Origin: Zootoca vivipara
Taxonomy: Eukaryota
NCBI RefSeq assembly: GCF_963506605.1
Contig: NC_083287.1
Location: 20,646,064 to 20,710,000 of the forward strand
DNA: 63,937 nucleotides
Reading direction: 5' to 3'
Each line of letters begins with the position of its first letter. Position 1 is the stretch's first letter. Below the pieces are notes generated by a model. It did no database searches and had not been told where the DNA came from. It was given only the letters and a program-made list of their open reading frames with translations. Made by a program: the position numbers and the translations under genes. Below, in pieces: positions 1 to 11,252 of this stretch.

Positions 1-261
1 CTTTTCCTCCTCTCTTACATTTGACTTGTTGTCATCAATTCCTTGTTTGCCCTTCAAATAATAATTGGGGGCAGGGGGAGTCATTGTTTCTAAATCTGGT
101 TTGGAGAGCAAGCTAATCCATAGGTTACCAGTTTGGATGTCATGACTAACTATTAATTGTGCTAACAAGGGAGTATGAAGAGGAGGAGGAAATGGACTAT
201 GTGAGTCCAACATTTTGGCATGATCAGTCAAACTGACCAGTTCATTGTCTATTCCTTCACT

Positions 262-400
262 ATTGGAGGCAGTATTATTCTAAATGCCAGTGGCTGGAAA
301 CAGCTGGAGAGGAGAGTGGTGTTGCATTCAGGCATCTCATTGGCCACTTTGAGAACAGTATGTTAGACTATGTGCGTCACTAGCAGGCTCTTATATTCTC
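262..400 (+). mobile_element. CR1 LINE 3' UTR fragment (old)
   Basis: GGCCACTTTGAGAACAG...CAGGCTCTTATATTCT, similar to the reverse complement of the CR1 end at 54880 and to 40779-41005. Confidence 0.6.
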
Positions 401-835
401 ACAAAAGAGTAGAATTGTCTGCTGCTTATATATCTCCTAGATCCCACCAATAAATTATGTACATTATTTTATTTGTATAATAAAAAATTACTGTAAAAAC
501 AGCATTATATTTTTGATTTATAATCATTAATTTGGTTAACTCTAATCTTTATTATTTTTATAATATTTATTTAATCTTCTGTACATAAAGTGCTAATTGA
601 AATGAAAGTGATTTTGAATATGTTCAGTTGTCTCTCATTTGCAGTTTTACTGAGTAGTATCTGCTTTAATCTAAATTGATAGAATTCTAATTGGTCTAAC
701 TTGAAATTGTATGAAGTTAAATTGGGGGGGATAGAAAAAGAACATATATTTTATTGAAGATATTATTTCTTAAAAAAAAACACCTTATGTCTTTTTGAGC
801 CTTCCATATTGAGTGTGTAGTTCTGCTTTCATTTA

Positions 836-1007
836 CAGTCATACCTCAGTTTAAGTACGCTTCGGTTTGAGTACTTTCAGTTTAAGTACTCCGCGGACCC
901 GTCTGGAATGGATGAATCCACTTTCCATTACTTTCAATGGGAAAGTTCGCTTCAGGTTAAGTACAGACTTCCAGAACCAATTGTGTACTTAAACCGAGGT
1001 ACCACTG
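836..1007. mobile_element. Tc1/mariner (Tigger-like) MITE
   Basis: TA|CAGTCATACCTC...GAGGTACCACTG|TA termini; reverse-oriented sibling at 43058-43229. Confidence 0.9.
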
Positions 1008-3263
1008 TATAAGCAAAAATCTTGCTTTTGGTTGCCACCATTTTATTTCGCTCACAATGCCCTTTGAGCAATGGTATATTAGCATGTGATATCATTCTGA
1101 GAGTAATTGTGGGCAAAATTTATTCGCTTTAAAATTTGGCTGAACCTTTTCCTGTGATAAGTTTCAGTCCATTCTTAATATGACCAAGGCTAGAAAAACC
1201 ATTTACCAAGAGCACAGTGGATTTTAGGAACCTAAGAAATCAGGTACTTGAATTTTTCCCCTAATTCTGACACACACACACAGACACACACACACACACA
1301 ATCTACCGTATTCATTGATTAATACCCACAAATATTCTGGTCCTCAGTCTAGAACTTGCTTATAATAGTTTTACTGAAGTCTATCCTAGATCATTTTGAA
1401 AAAACACACAGTGTTTTCATTTTTATGTAAGATATATCTATGAAAAGCTTGAAAAGTATATGAGAAAAAGAAATGTTTACTCATCTGAGGGTTTCATCAT
1501 CATTTACCCAGAGGCCAGTCTACATTCAACCAAGTCATAGGAAGCAAAATCAGCCTGCTAGTGTGCCTCAAGGTGTTTCCATATGTTAGTGCCTCGGGTT
1601 TGAAGAAGTAGAACTGGAAATGTTTTGAGTCTCTATATAGAACATTATTTGCCTCTCTCCCTACATCCTTTCTCATCTCTTCCATGCCTTTGGCTTGTAA
1701 TGTGTTTCTCCACTGGAATAGTCACCCACAATAAATGGAGCTTGTAGATATAACTGGAAATATATTTGGCTGATGATTCCCCACTCTCTCTCACACACTA
1801 ACTGACAACTGTGCATATCAGGAAACACACTTGTTTGCTCTAACTATGCAGCAGCTGATCAGTAAAGAAACAGAACCCTTAATTGCTACTTAGGGTTTAA
1901 GCCATCATTCATTCATTCATTGCTGGAACTATGAACTATTCATATGTTGCCACAGTATGTTACTTACACAAGAGTGACAGTGAAGGAAGTAAGAGCTAAG
2001 ATGCCTCACAGATATAGACACTGGGGGATTAACATGTCCTCTTCATTAATATATATGTACATAAATTAATGTTAGAGTATTGAAACTAGTTTGCATGAGA
2101 TCTGGACAGATTCCTTCTTTGAAGAGTGCTCAGAAAATGTCTTTAATATGTTGCAGTCTGCTTTCCAAGTTAACATTGTTCTGTTGTTGTTGTCGTGGCT
2201 GTTGTTGTTATATAAAATATGTTTTATTATGAAATGCACAACAAATCCTCTAAGAATATTGGTCTAGAAACTGCACATTGTTTTATAGATTGTCTTCTAT
2301 TTTCTGATAGTCTAGATCCTTATCCTTCAATTTTACTTGAAATGGTACATTTTAAATCAGTTGGCAGCCAATCGTAACAGGCTAGTACTGGTCACAGTTT
2401 CTGTGTGGCAAATGGTATTATTTTCAGAAATACTTTACTGTCATTGATAAAGGCTTCTCATCACAGTGCTGTCATAAAGACCACCTTCAAGAGTTTTGTA
2501 CCCAGACCCTGTTAGTTCCTCATCCTATGGTCTCTGTGTGTGGTATGGGAGTTGTACGGTTGGGGAAAGAACAGCGCTGTCCAGGGTAATAAAGACTGCA
2601 GAGAGGATAACTGGGTGCACTTTTCCCAGGGCACAGTGTAAATACAAATTTTAAGTTTCCCATATTCCTGATTGAAAATTGCCATGTGTACTTCTGATTG
2701 TGATATGTACTCTGCACTAAAAATGTATTAAAATCTGCTCCAAAGTGACCTGATCCTTAAGTTAAGCAAAATTCTGTTACCTGTTTGAATTATTCACATT
2801 TAAGCAACTTTTCAAAAAGTTGCTTATATTCCATTCTTCATTCTAATCCTTTAGTTATGGGGAGTAGCAGAAAAATGTAGGCTACAAGTACACATTAAAA
2901 ATTGCACTCAGTAGCTACTTTCCTATTGTACCTGATGTTGAGCATATATTTTCAAGTCAAGTCTACCTCAGCTTACAGGTTGAAACACTTTAAAAAATAA
3001 AAGCTGAGCTACATAGGATACTGAATTCTGTGTCTTAGTGCATAGCCATTATTATAAAGAGGATGATACAGAAAAGAGGTGAAGAGTCATAATTCAATGG
3101 TAAAGTTCTGCTTTGTATTTGTGAACTCCCAGGTTCAATCAGCTCTTAAATAATTTCAAGTAATTGATGCTGGGAAAATCCTCTACTTGAGAACCCAGTG
3201 TTAGACATTGTATGGACTGGGCTAGTTAAATAGCATAAGAGAAGAGAGAACACCTTAAATGTT

Positions 3264-3480
3264 CTGGTTACAGGTAGGTAGCCGTGTTGGTCTGGATCGA
3301 AGTAAAATAAAAAAATTCCTTCAGTAGCACCTTAAAGACCAACTAAGTTTTTATTTTGGTATGAGCTTTCGTGTGCATGCACACTTGGTATCTGAAGAAG
3401 TGTGCATGCACACGAAAGCTCATACCAAAATAAAAACTTAGTTGGTCTTTAAGGTGCTACTGAAGGAATTTTTTTATTTT
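3264..3480. mobile_element. Penelope-like element terminal-repeat remnant in inverted arrangement
   Basis: Perfect 85-bp inverted repeat (3302-3386 / 3398-3482) flanked by a 12-bp direct repeat ACCTTAAATGTT (3252-3263 and 3481-3492). Carries a minimal hammerhead motif typical of PLE pLTRs. Confidence 0.8.
3385..3428 (+). ncRNA. Minimal type I hammerhead ribozyme motif (PLE-associated), predicted cleavage after C3421
   Basis: TTGGTAT-CTGAAGA-A-GTGTGCATGCACAC-GAAA-GC-TC-ATACCAA: 7-bp stem I, intact CUGANGA and GAAA core, palindromic stem II, palindromic AGCT stem III, UC cleavage site. Confidence 0.85.
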
Positions 3481-3512
3481 ACCTTAAATGTTGAATCTTT
3501 ATTTCTCTGAAT

Positions 3513-3553
3513 TTCCCTGAAGAAAGGCCAGTAGGGTCTGAAATGCATCGGAA
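3513..3553 (+). ncRNA. Second, more degenerate minimal hammerhead motif, predicted cleavage after C3549
   Basis: TTCC-CTGAAGA-A-AGGCC-AGTAG-GGTCT-GAAA-TGCA-TC-GGAA followed by AATAAA at 3555. 4-bp stem I, 5-bp stem II with one G.U pair, palindromic ATGCAT stem III. Confidence 0.65.
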
Positions 3554-4524
3554 TAATAAATATGACTTTTGCCCCACACCATTGTTTTTTGCTGCTACTT
3601 CCTGTGGATAGAAGCATGGTCTGCTTCCCTATAAGGCAACTCATATATTTACATGGTTTGAAATTAATTAATAGTTTTGCTACATCAGTGTTCTGGGTAA
3701 TAGGACACAATCCTTTTCAGCAAATAAATTGTATTAAGCAATGAAAATTGGGGATAAGGGCATCTTTAGTTTCATAAGTTATTGAAGAAATATTCTATAC
3801 ATTATTTGAGGGAAAAACTATCAACTACAGAGTCTTTTACTGAATAAAACACAGTGAAATGAGAGCTGGAGTTGATTCCTTAATTACCAAAGAAAATAAG
3901 CTTTCTAGGAAGCAATAATGCATACTTAACCTACTTTCTTGGTTCTAATCTATTTATGCAATTCAAGAGGTTATTCTTGTACTTTGTACAGGAAAGGAAG
4001 GAAAGTATATCTCTAAATTGTTGCTTAATACAAACATCACAAGGAAAAAGAATTCAAAGGCTTCAAGAAATAGTTGTGGCAACTGCAGTACAAGTGTATA
4101 AATTATCATTTCACTCATTTTTCTTCCTTCCTTCTCCCTCCAACTCTTACTATAATTAGCCAGCATTAACAGCAAATGTTTGCTTTGGTTAAATTATTCA
4201 GAACATTTATTTTACTTGTCAAAGGTTAGATCAGGTTGTTGTTTGAACTGGTAATTAAATGCAGGCTAATACACTATCATATTTATATGCACTGTAAACC
4301 CTGTTTCCTTCTCCTTCTGTATAATTTTATAACGTTGCGGGTTGACATTTAGAAAGACTTTTCTACTCAAAGATGTATAAACCAAGCCAAGGAGGCAGAC
4401 TTCGTTGGTATTCAAACTCCCAGTAAGTCGTGATCATGTGTAGTTGGAATTTGACATAAGGACAATATGTTAGCACGAGGTTCTTAGGTTAAATAAATAA
4501 ATAAATAAATAAATATGGGGGGGG

Positions 4525-4700
4525 GGTTGGCATCCATCTGTCTCAGGAGACAGTGGAGTGCACCGTGCAACTCCAGCAGTAAAGTAAACCACTGGAGAAT
4601 CGCAGTGCCTGCTGTGACTGCAGAGACCAGTAACCCATAAGTGCTGCCGCCCACATTGTTTTTGCTGCATTAGCAGCACCAAAATGACCTCCTGGGCTGA
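4525..4700 (-). mobile_element. RTE-tailed retroposon fragment (LINE or SINE)
   Basis: GTTGGCATCCATCTGTCTCAGGAGACAGTGG resembles the reverse complement of an RTE-type 3' end. Confidence 0.45.
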
Positions 4701-5184
4701 AGACCCCTGTGACAAACCCTGTTCTTATCCTTACCTGCTGCAGGACTTAGCTGGAGGGAGAAGGTTTTAGTGAGGAAATTAGATGTATTGGCTCCTGTCT
4801 TTTATACTCGCATGCTAAACATGCCAGTAGAATTGGGTTCTGTCATTGTTGGTCTTTGCTGCACCTGAGAGGCTTCCCTCACAAGTAACCGTTTCCAGGT
4901 ATTCACTGGCTGGCTGCTGCCCTTAAATGCATGAGGCTGTATTGCTTTCTTTCCCTGGCGGAACTGCTTTCCCTCATTGATTATCATCACCATCATCATC
5001 ATCATTAATTCTCCGCCCCTCTGGCTAGGTTTCCCCAGCCACTCTGTGCCGCTTACAGCAAATATAAAAACATAGTAAATGAAAGTTGTTTAACAAAAGT
5101 GTTTGTGAAGACTTCCAAACTCCCTTCCCAAACTGGGGACTGGGAGTGAGACCTTCCACCTGTCACAATAGCTATTTTCTATGG

Positions 5185-5320
5185 CAGGCATCCCCTAACT
5201 TCAGCCCTCCAGATGTTTTAGACTACAATTCCCATCTTCCCTGACCACTGGTCCTGTTAGCTAGGGATCGTGGGAGTTGTAGGCCAAAACATCTAGAAGG
5301 CCAAAGTTTGGGGATGCCTG
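5185..5320. mobile_element. hAT MITE, 136-bp hairpin family
   Basis: CAGGCATCCCC...GGGGATGCCTG TIRs; perfect 8-bp TSD TTCTATGG. Confidence 0.92.
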
Positions 5321-5994
5321 TTCTATGGCATCTACACTAATTAGAAGACATATATATCTACACAAGCAAAGCACCTTCAGACTTGCAATTCAAAATATAG
5401 GTTTGGAGAGGCAGAGAAGAAGGGAAGTTGTTTGGCAATACCAGAAAAAAGTAGAAAGGGTTTTTATCTAGTTAGGACCAGGCTAATCTAGCTTTTCTGC
5501 TGTTGCCACCGGCCCACTGGCTGGTTACAAGGGCCAAAACAACCCTCCCCATACATCTTTAGTAAGGGACAGAGAGCAGAGAGATGGTGAAGCAAGCTCA
5601 AAAGAAGAGCCATGCTTCATCAGGCCAAAGGCCACCAAATGCTTTTGGCTCCAGCCATGATTTTCAACATCTTAATTTTGTTTAAAGTCAGGAATCTCTA
5701 TAATTGGAGTACATTCAAGTTCACATAACTCCCACAGTCATTTTTTTAAAAAAGGGGGACTATATGGATTTAACATACATACTGGTAACTTAGTAATGTG
5801 TGCCTAACATCATGCTAGTACAGTAGTTACTACTGCATTACCATTGCCCTCATGAATAAGTTTAGCCTCTTAGTTTCCTGATTCCTTTTGTTTTGAGGGA
5901 TATAAAGAATGGACCAATCACAACTCATAAATCATATTGTTCTTCCCTGGGCAAAATGAACTTTTGCACATTGATTGAACATAGAGCCACAGAC

Positions 5995-6411
5995 CTTAGC
6001 TGCCAAGTACCCCGCTTTTCGCGGGAAACCCCCGGATTTTAAACCGTCTCCCACTGTTCTCCAGAATGGAGAAAAATCCCGGAAATCCCCCAGATTTCCT
6101 ACCTGCCACGGAGCCTCCATTTTGGGTGCTGCTCTGACCATGTGTGGGCACCGGAAATAGGGCAGAGCGGCACTGGAAGTTGCTTCTACACATGCCCGGC
6201 GGCCATCTTGGTGGTGGCCGCATGACGGTGGCCATCACCAAGATGGCTGCCGCCATGTGGCCACCACCAAGATGGCTGCTGGGCATGTGTAGAAGCGACT
6301 TCTGGTGCCGCTCTGCCCTATTTCCGGTGCCCACACATGGTCAGAGCGGCAACTTCCGGTGCCGCACCGCTGCTGATCCCGCATTTTTCGGAGGGAGACT
6401 TGGCAGGTATG
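5995..6411. mobile_element. Non-autonomous hAT element with an internal 110-bp palindrome
   Basis: TIRs CTTAGCTGCCAAGT / ACTTGGCAGGTATG; 8-bp TSD CCACAGAC (5987-5994, 6412-6419); inverted arms 6127-6236 and 6242-6351. Confidence 0.88.
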
Positions 6412-9400
6412 CCACAGACGGGAGTGGCCTGTGTAGATAAAATTAAGAAACCTCACTTTCTGATGGCCTAGTAGTAGTTTTGAGAATGAGAATGGTAGTA
6501 AAATTGAAATGATAAAGCAAACTTCAACAGCTTCCCTAAAAACAAAACATAAAAATAAACCAAGGAGATTTATGACTATCACTTGTTTACATCTCTTGTA
6601 TTTTTTTAATAAAATGGGCTTAAAAGATTAGTCACAAGGTGCTACAAGATTTATATAAAATAAAAAGCCAGATGTTCTTCTTAAACTCTTCTTAATGTTC
6701 AGTGGGAAAAAATGAAATTACTGTCTTGTATTTGTTGTGCTCAAATAACAACAAAGCAAAGATTCCATGAAAATCAGTACCGAAGAACAAACTGCCTATC
6801 TGCATTAGAAGTTATAGAGAGTTGTTTGCTGTTTAAGCTGGAGAAGACAAGATGTGCTTGTTTGCTCTGCATTGTGGGTTCACAGATCTATTTGTTCTTT
6901 AGAAATGCACAAGCTTTAAAAGTTCTCTCACTGAGATATCAAGTGGCCACCAAAGCCTTTTCAAAAAAAAAATATGCACAATGCCTGGTGACTTTCTGCT
7001 ACTCTAGCAAAAATTAAAAATCCACATAAATTCAAGCAGGTTCTTAAATCATGATTTTATGTAGATTTACCGTACATCTTCCTACAATTATAAGAAGAGA
7101 AAATACAACTGTAGAGTAAGTCAATAGGATAGTAAATAATGAAATAAATATTATAAAATCATTTTGCAAATCACTGCATGGTGCTTGTTACCCAAAGTAA
7201 AAATTGAAAAGAATTCTGGAAATTATAATGTTGTTTTTTCACAACTGCCTACATGGTGTTTTACAGAGCACCATAAATGAACAGGTCATGCCCTCATGAA
7301 CCTTAAGTCTAAATTTAGACAGTTTGATTGTACTAGGAAGACGACAAAGTGTGAAAGGAATGAGAGAGATGAGAAACATGGGAGTTAAATGTGTATTTTC
7401 TGTTTTGCGTTTCAGGAAGCTCAATATTGGTAGGTGGCGTATCATACCAGACAGGCTTAATCAGGTTCATCAGGGTGTGATCTGAAGGTACATTCAACGA
7501 TTCAACTCCACCTTGCTAAATCTAAGCAAGTCTGGATTTGGTCAATGTTTAAATAGGCTAGAAAATTTCACCAGATCAGGCCCTTTGTGCTGGGTACGTT
7601 CTCTTTTTCAGAAAGAGAAGTATTACAATATATACATGATAAGCTCGAATGCTTTTGGTAGTTGTGGTTGTGTAGAAGGGAATTATCCAGTTAAGGTCCT
7701 GCTCATGTCACTCTAGTTAATCAAGATTTTGACTCACAAAATTTTGGGGTGCTTTCTTTCCTGGGACTTGAAGAGCATTCCTGGGTGCCTCTGGTCCTTC
7801 TGTCATGGGAATTGTGCCAGGCAAAACCCTCTAATGGAGGCAGCAAGTGGAGTGGTCTTCCTTAAAAGATTGATTCAGAGCTGGAGTCTCCAGAGAAGAG
7901 GGATTCTGGAATATGTAAACATAAGATTGAGACAGAGGTTTACTCCTTCTCAACTTTTTAAATATTGTGATATGTTTAGCAGGAGAGACAAGCACCTCAC
8001 AAGTGAACCAGCAACATCCACTTCCCCATTTACTGTGGGACGATGGATGGCATGGCTCTTCGATCCATAGTGCATACTGAAAGAGGAGCGCTAGTACATA
8101 TTTTTACAATAAGGGTATGCTGAAAATGCCGGGAGGTCAGGAGGCCTTCAGAAGCTGATATGCTATAAAAGTTTCAGGATTATTTTATCTAGATTCCCTT
8201 CTTTTAATTGTAATTCCAAAATTTATACCAGGGCTTCTATAGTCATGTTCCCACCGCCCTGATTATTCAAAGCTACTCATTTCATCTTTCATGCCTGACA
8301 TTTTAATTCACCACAAAGTTTATATGCTTTGTGTTAAGTGCTGGTAAGACACAAAAGAATGTAGAGTTAAATCTGCAGGCAGTGTTTTAAAACTCCTATG
8401 ATGATAGTTCTTAGGGTATGCACTTCTGTTCTATAGCTCCAGAGACAACTATTTAATAGACAACATTTGAATAATACAAATGTGTGGTTGGTAAAAATGG
8501 ATTAAGGTTTCAGGGTGGTACCAATGGGTGATATTTAATATTGAATGACATGTATTAAGACAAATGGTTTTATATATAATTTATTTGGCATTGTAAATGC
8601 ATTTATCTTGTGAGATACAGACCCCCTGATGCAAAATGAAGTATTCTGGAAAGGTTTTGAGTAAATAAATAATAAAACCACTTTGATACACAATCTAACA
8701 ATATTAAATATTAAGACTTCCACATGATTGATTTTTAATACTTAATTAACTTATTTAAAGCCCAATGTGACTCTATTTTGTATTAAAGATCAGACTTATA
8801 GTATTCAAAAGACTAGAATTTTTAGTAAATGGAACGAAAATTAACGGCACTTCATAATCACTAGATTTGCTAGTAACTAGCGACAAGTCATTTGGTGACA
8901 TGAGCTCATGCACATCACTTTGGAATCCAGCTGATCAACTTCATAGCATTAGGCAGTTTTTTTATTTGCATCATTCCATTTTAATGATCTATAATCTGAT
9001 ACAGTTTATGAAAGAAAACATGCTTGCTTTGCACTATCTAAAATGTGTCAAATTGTGCATTTTTTTCTATATCTAAAGGAAACACTTCCTCAATGACAGA
9101 TGGCTGCTAGTGAATTATGAAAGAAGCTTGGTAGGTGAATAAGAAAGAAGCACAGTCCTTGATGACTTTTCTTGCTGTATGTAGTGAAGACTAAGGGAGT
9201 TAATGCCCATCATATCCATGTGGAGGTTGCAAAAACAAGACACTTTTCGAGTAGGGATTGTTCACTTGCAAATCTAAAAGCTATGATACATAGAACATCC
9301 AGGCCTGTGTGCATCCTTTTGTTTGCCCTGCATAAGAACTTACTTGTTTAGAGGATACAGTCAAACACTTCAAAAGAATATTCACATTGAGAGTTCCCCC

Positions 9401-9639
9401 CCTTCCCTTCCCTTTCTTTCTTTTCTCTTCTTTGTAAAATGACTTCAGAAGGTTTTGCAGGTGCTGATTATTCAGTGATTCTTATAAATTCTATCTTCAG
9501 CTTCCTCCTGTATACGAAATTTATCATTTTCTGCCATCTCTTCATGGGCTTTTCCTGGTGTAGTTTTATAGCTCCAATCATATAGGAAGGTATTCTGTGT
9601 AATATAGGAAAGTACATATGAACAGCTAGTGCAGGAAGA

Positions 9640-9780
9640 GCTGTAGCTGAGCACATGCTCTGTGTGCAAAAGGCCTTGGGTTCCAATGCTTGACATCTCC
9701 AGGTTGGGCTGGGAAAGGCTGCTGTCTGAAAACCTGGAGAGAGACTGCAATCAGTGTAGGCAATACTGAGCCATATAGAG
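9640..9780 (+). mobile_element. tRNA-derived squamate SINE (Squam3-like), degenerate; relatives at ~3085-3240, ~35360-35540 and ~37540-37670 (-)
   Basis: GCTGTAGCT...GAGCACATGCT...GGTTCCAAT...CATCTCCAGGTTGGGCTGGGAAAG...CAGTGTAGGCAATACTGAGC body shared among the copies. Confidence 0.6.
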
Positions 9781-10215
9781 GAATGTGTTTCTGCAATGGT
9801 AATTAGCATTCTTCTTTCCCTAGCAATGAAGTGCTGATTAGGATCATGCATGTGAAACTCATCCCTGCATTATCTCCCTCCGCCATCCTCAGCTCAGCTT
9901 GACTGGTCTCAAAGTCAGGCTGTGGAATAATGCCTTTAAGCAGTGGGACAGGGGGAGAGGTGGGAGAAGAGGGGACTTGATCCTTTCCCTACAAGCCAGT
10001 CCCCAGAAAATTCAAGAAGAGGTCTCTGAGAAATGTCAGTCTTTAGAAACGACACTTTTTGAGTAGGGCTTCAGAAACGTTTGTTTAAAAGAAATATGTA
10101 ATAGTTTAAAAGATTGATACAAGAGAAATATAGGCACTCTGTTTCAGATGTCTGAAATTGTGATGTTGTTGGCTCTGTTAACTGATCTGCCTATCTCACT
10201 ATTCACACTTACAAG

Positions 10216-10730
10216 CAGTGCTTTTTTTAAAAAAAATGTTTAGGTGTACTCTCATTTTCCTACTCATATTGAAATACTGCCCCTCAATGAGGCCAAACTT
10301 AGATTCACAAAATGTTTAGGGGTGATGCTTTTGAATTATGGTGCTGGAGGAGACTCTTGAGAGTCCCATGGACTGCAAGAAGATCAAACCTATCCATTCT
10401 TAAGGAAATCAGCCCTGAGTGCTCCCTGGAAGGACAGATCGTGAAGCTCAGGCTCCAATACTTTGGCCACCTCATGAGAAGAGAAGAATCCTTGGAAAAG
10501 AACCTGATGTTGGGAAAGATTGAGGGCACTAGGAGAAGGGGACGACAGAGGACAAGATGGTTGGACAGTGTTCTCGAAGCTACGAACATGAGTTTGACCA
10601 AACTGCGGGAGGCAGTGCAAGACAGGAGTGCCTGGCGTGCTATGGTCCATGGGGTCACGAAGAGTCGGACACGACTAAACGACTAAACAACAACAACAAT
10701 ACCCCTGCGTCCCCCCAGAAAAAAGCACTG
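10216..10730. mobile_element. hAT MITE interrupted by Bov-B
   Basis: TIRs CAGTGCTTTTTT / AAAAAAGCACTG; 8-bp TSD CTTACAAG/CTTACATG (7/8). Confidence 0.8.
10323..10699 (+). mobile_element. Bov-B (RTE) LINE, 5'-truncated 3' end
   Basis: Encodes DAFELWCWRRLLRVPWTARRSN...LKLQYFGH-like...GRQRTRWLD...WRAMVHGVTKSRTRLND, the Bov-B ORF C-terminus; (CAA)n tail. Confidence 0.95.
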
Positions 10731-10909
10731 CTTACATGTAAACCCATAATGTACATGTATGCTCACAAAAGTAACATTTTTGCTCTGGAATTAATTGTTT
10801 GCCACAATAGCAACTGCTCTACGTTATTGCCATTTTAAATCAGCCAATTTAAAGCCACCAATACTCTCTTGCTTTCCTGTGGGAATTAGCAAGGACCACA
10901 AATGTTACT

Positions 10910-11252
10910 GGGACACGGGTGGCGCTATGGGTTAAACCACAGAGCCTAGGGCTTGCCGATCAGAAGGTCGGCGGTTTGAATCCCCGCGATGTGGTGAGCT
11001 GCTGTTGCTCGGCCCTAGCTCCTGCCAACCTAGCAGTTTGAAAGCACGTCAAAGTGCAAGTAGATAAAGCAGGAAGGTAAACGGTGTTTCTGTGTGCTGC
11101 TCTGGTTCGCCAGAAGCGGCTTTGTCATGCTGGCCACATGACTTGGAAGCTGTACACTGGCTCTCTCGGCCAATAACGAGAGATGAGTGCCGCAACCCCA
11201 GAGTCGGTCACGACTGGACCTAATGGTCAGGGGTCCCTTTACCTTTACCTTT
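10910..11252 (+). mobile_element. Sauria SINE, full length
   Basis: GGGACACGGGTGGCGCT tRNA-like head, Bov-B-related tail ending (ACCTTT)n, 12-bp TSD ACAAATGTTACT. Confidence 0.95.

Noticed and set aside
2497-2619. Mini LTR (TGTACCCAG...CTGGGTGCA with AATAAA)
   Set aside because: Very short with no convincing TSD; could be chance.
3302-3397. Hammerhead on the minus strand of the palindrome
   Set aside because: The left arm supplies stem II, GAAA and UC but lacks the CUGANGA core.
5932-6582. Overlapping ORFs on both strands with mirrored peptides (MGTGNRAERH...)
   Set aside because: Artefact of the GC-rich palindrome inside a hAT element.
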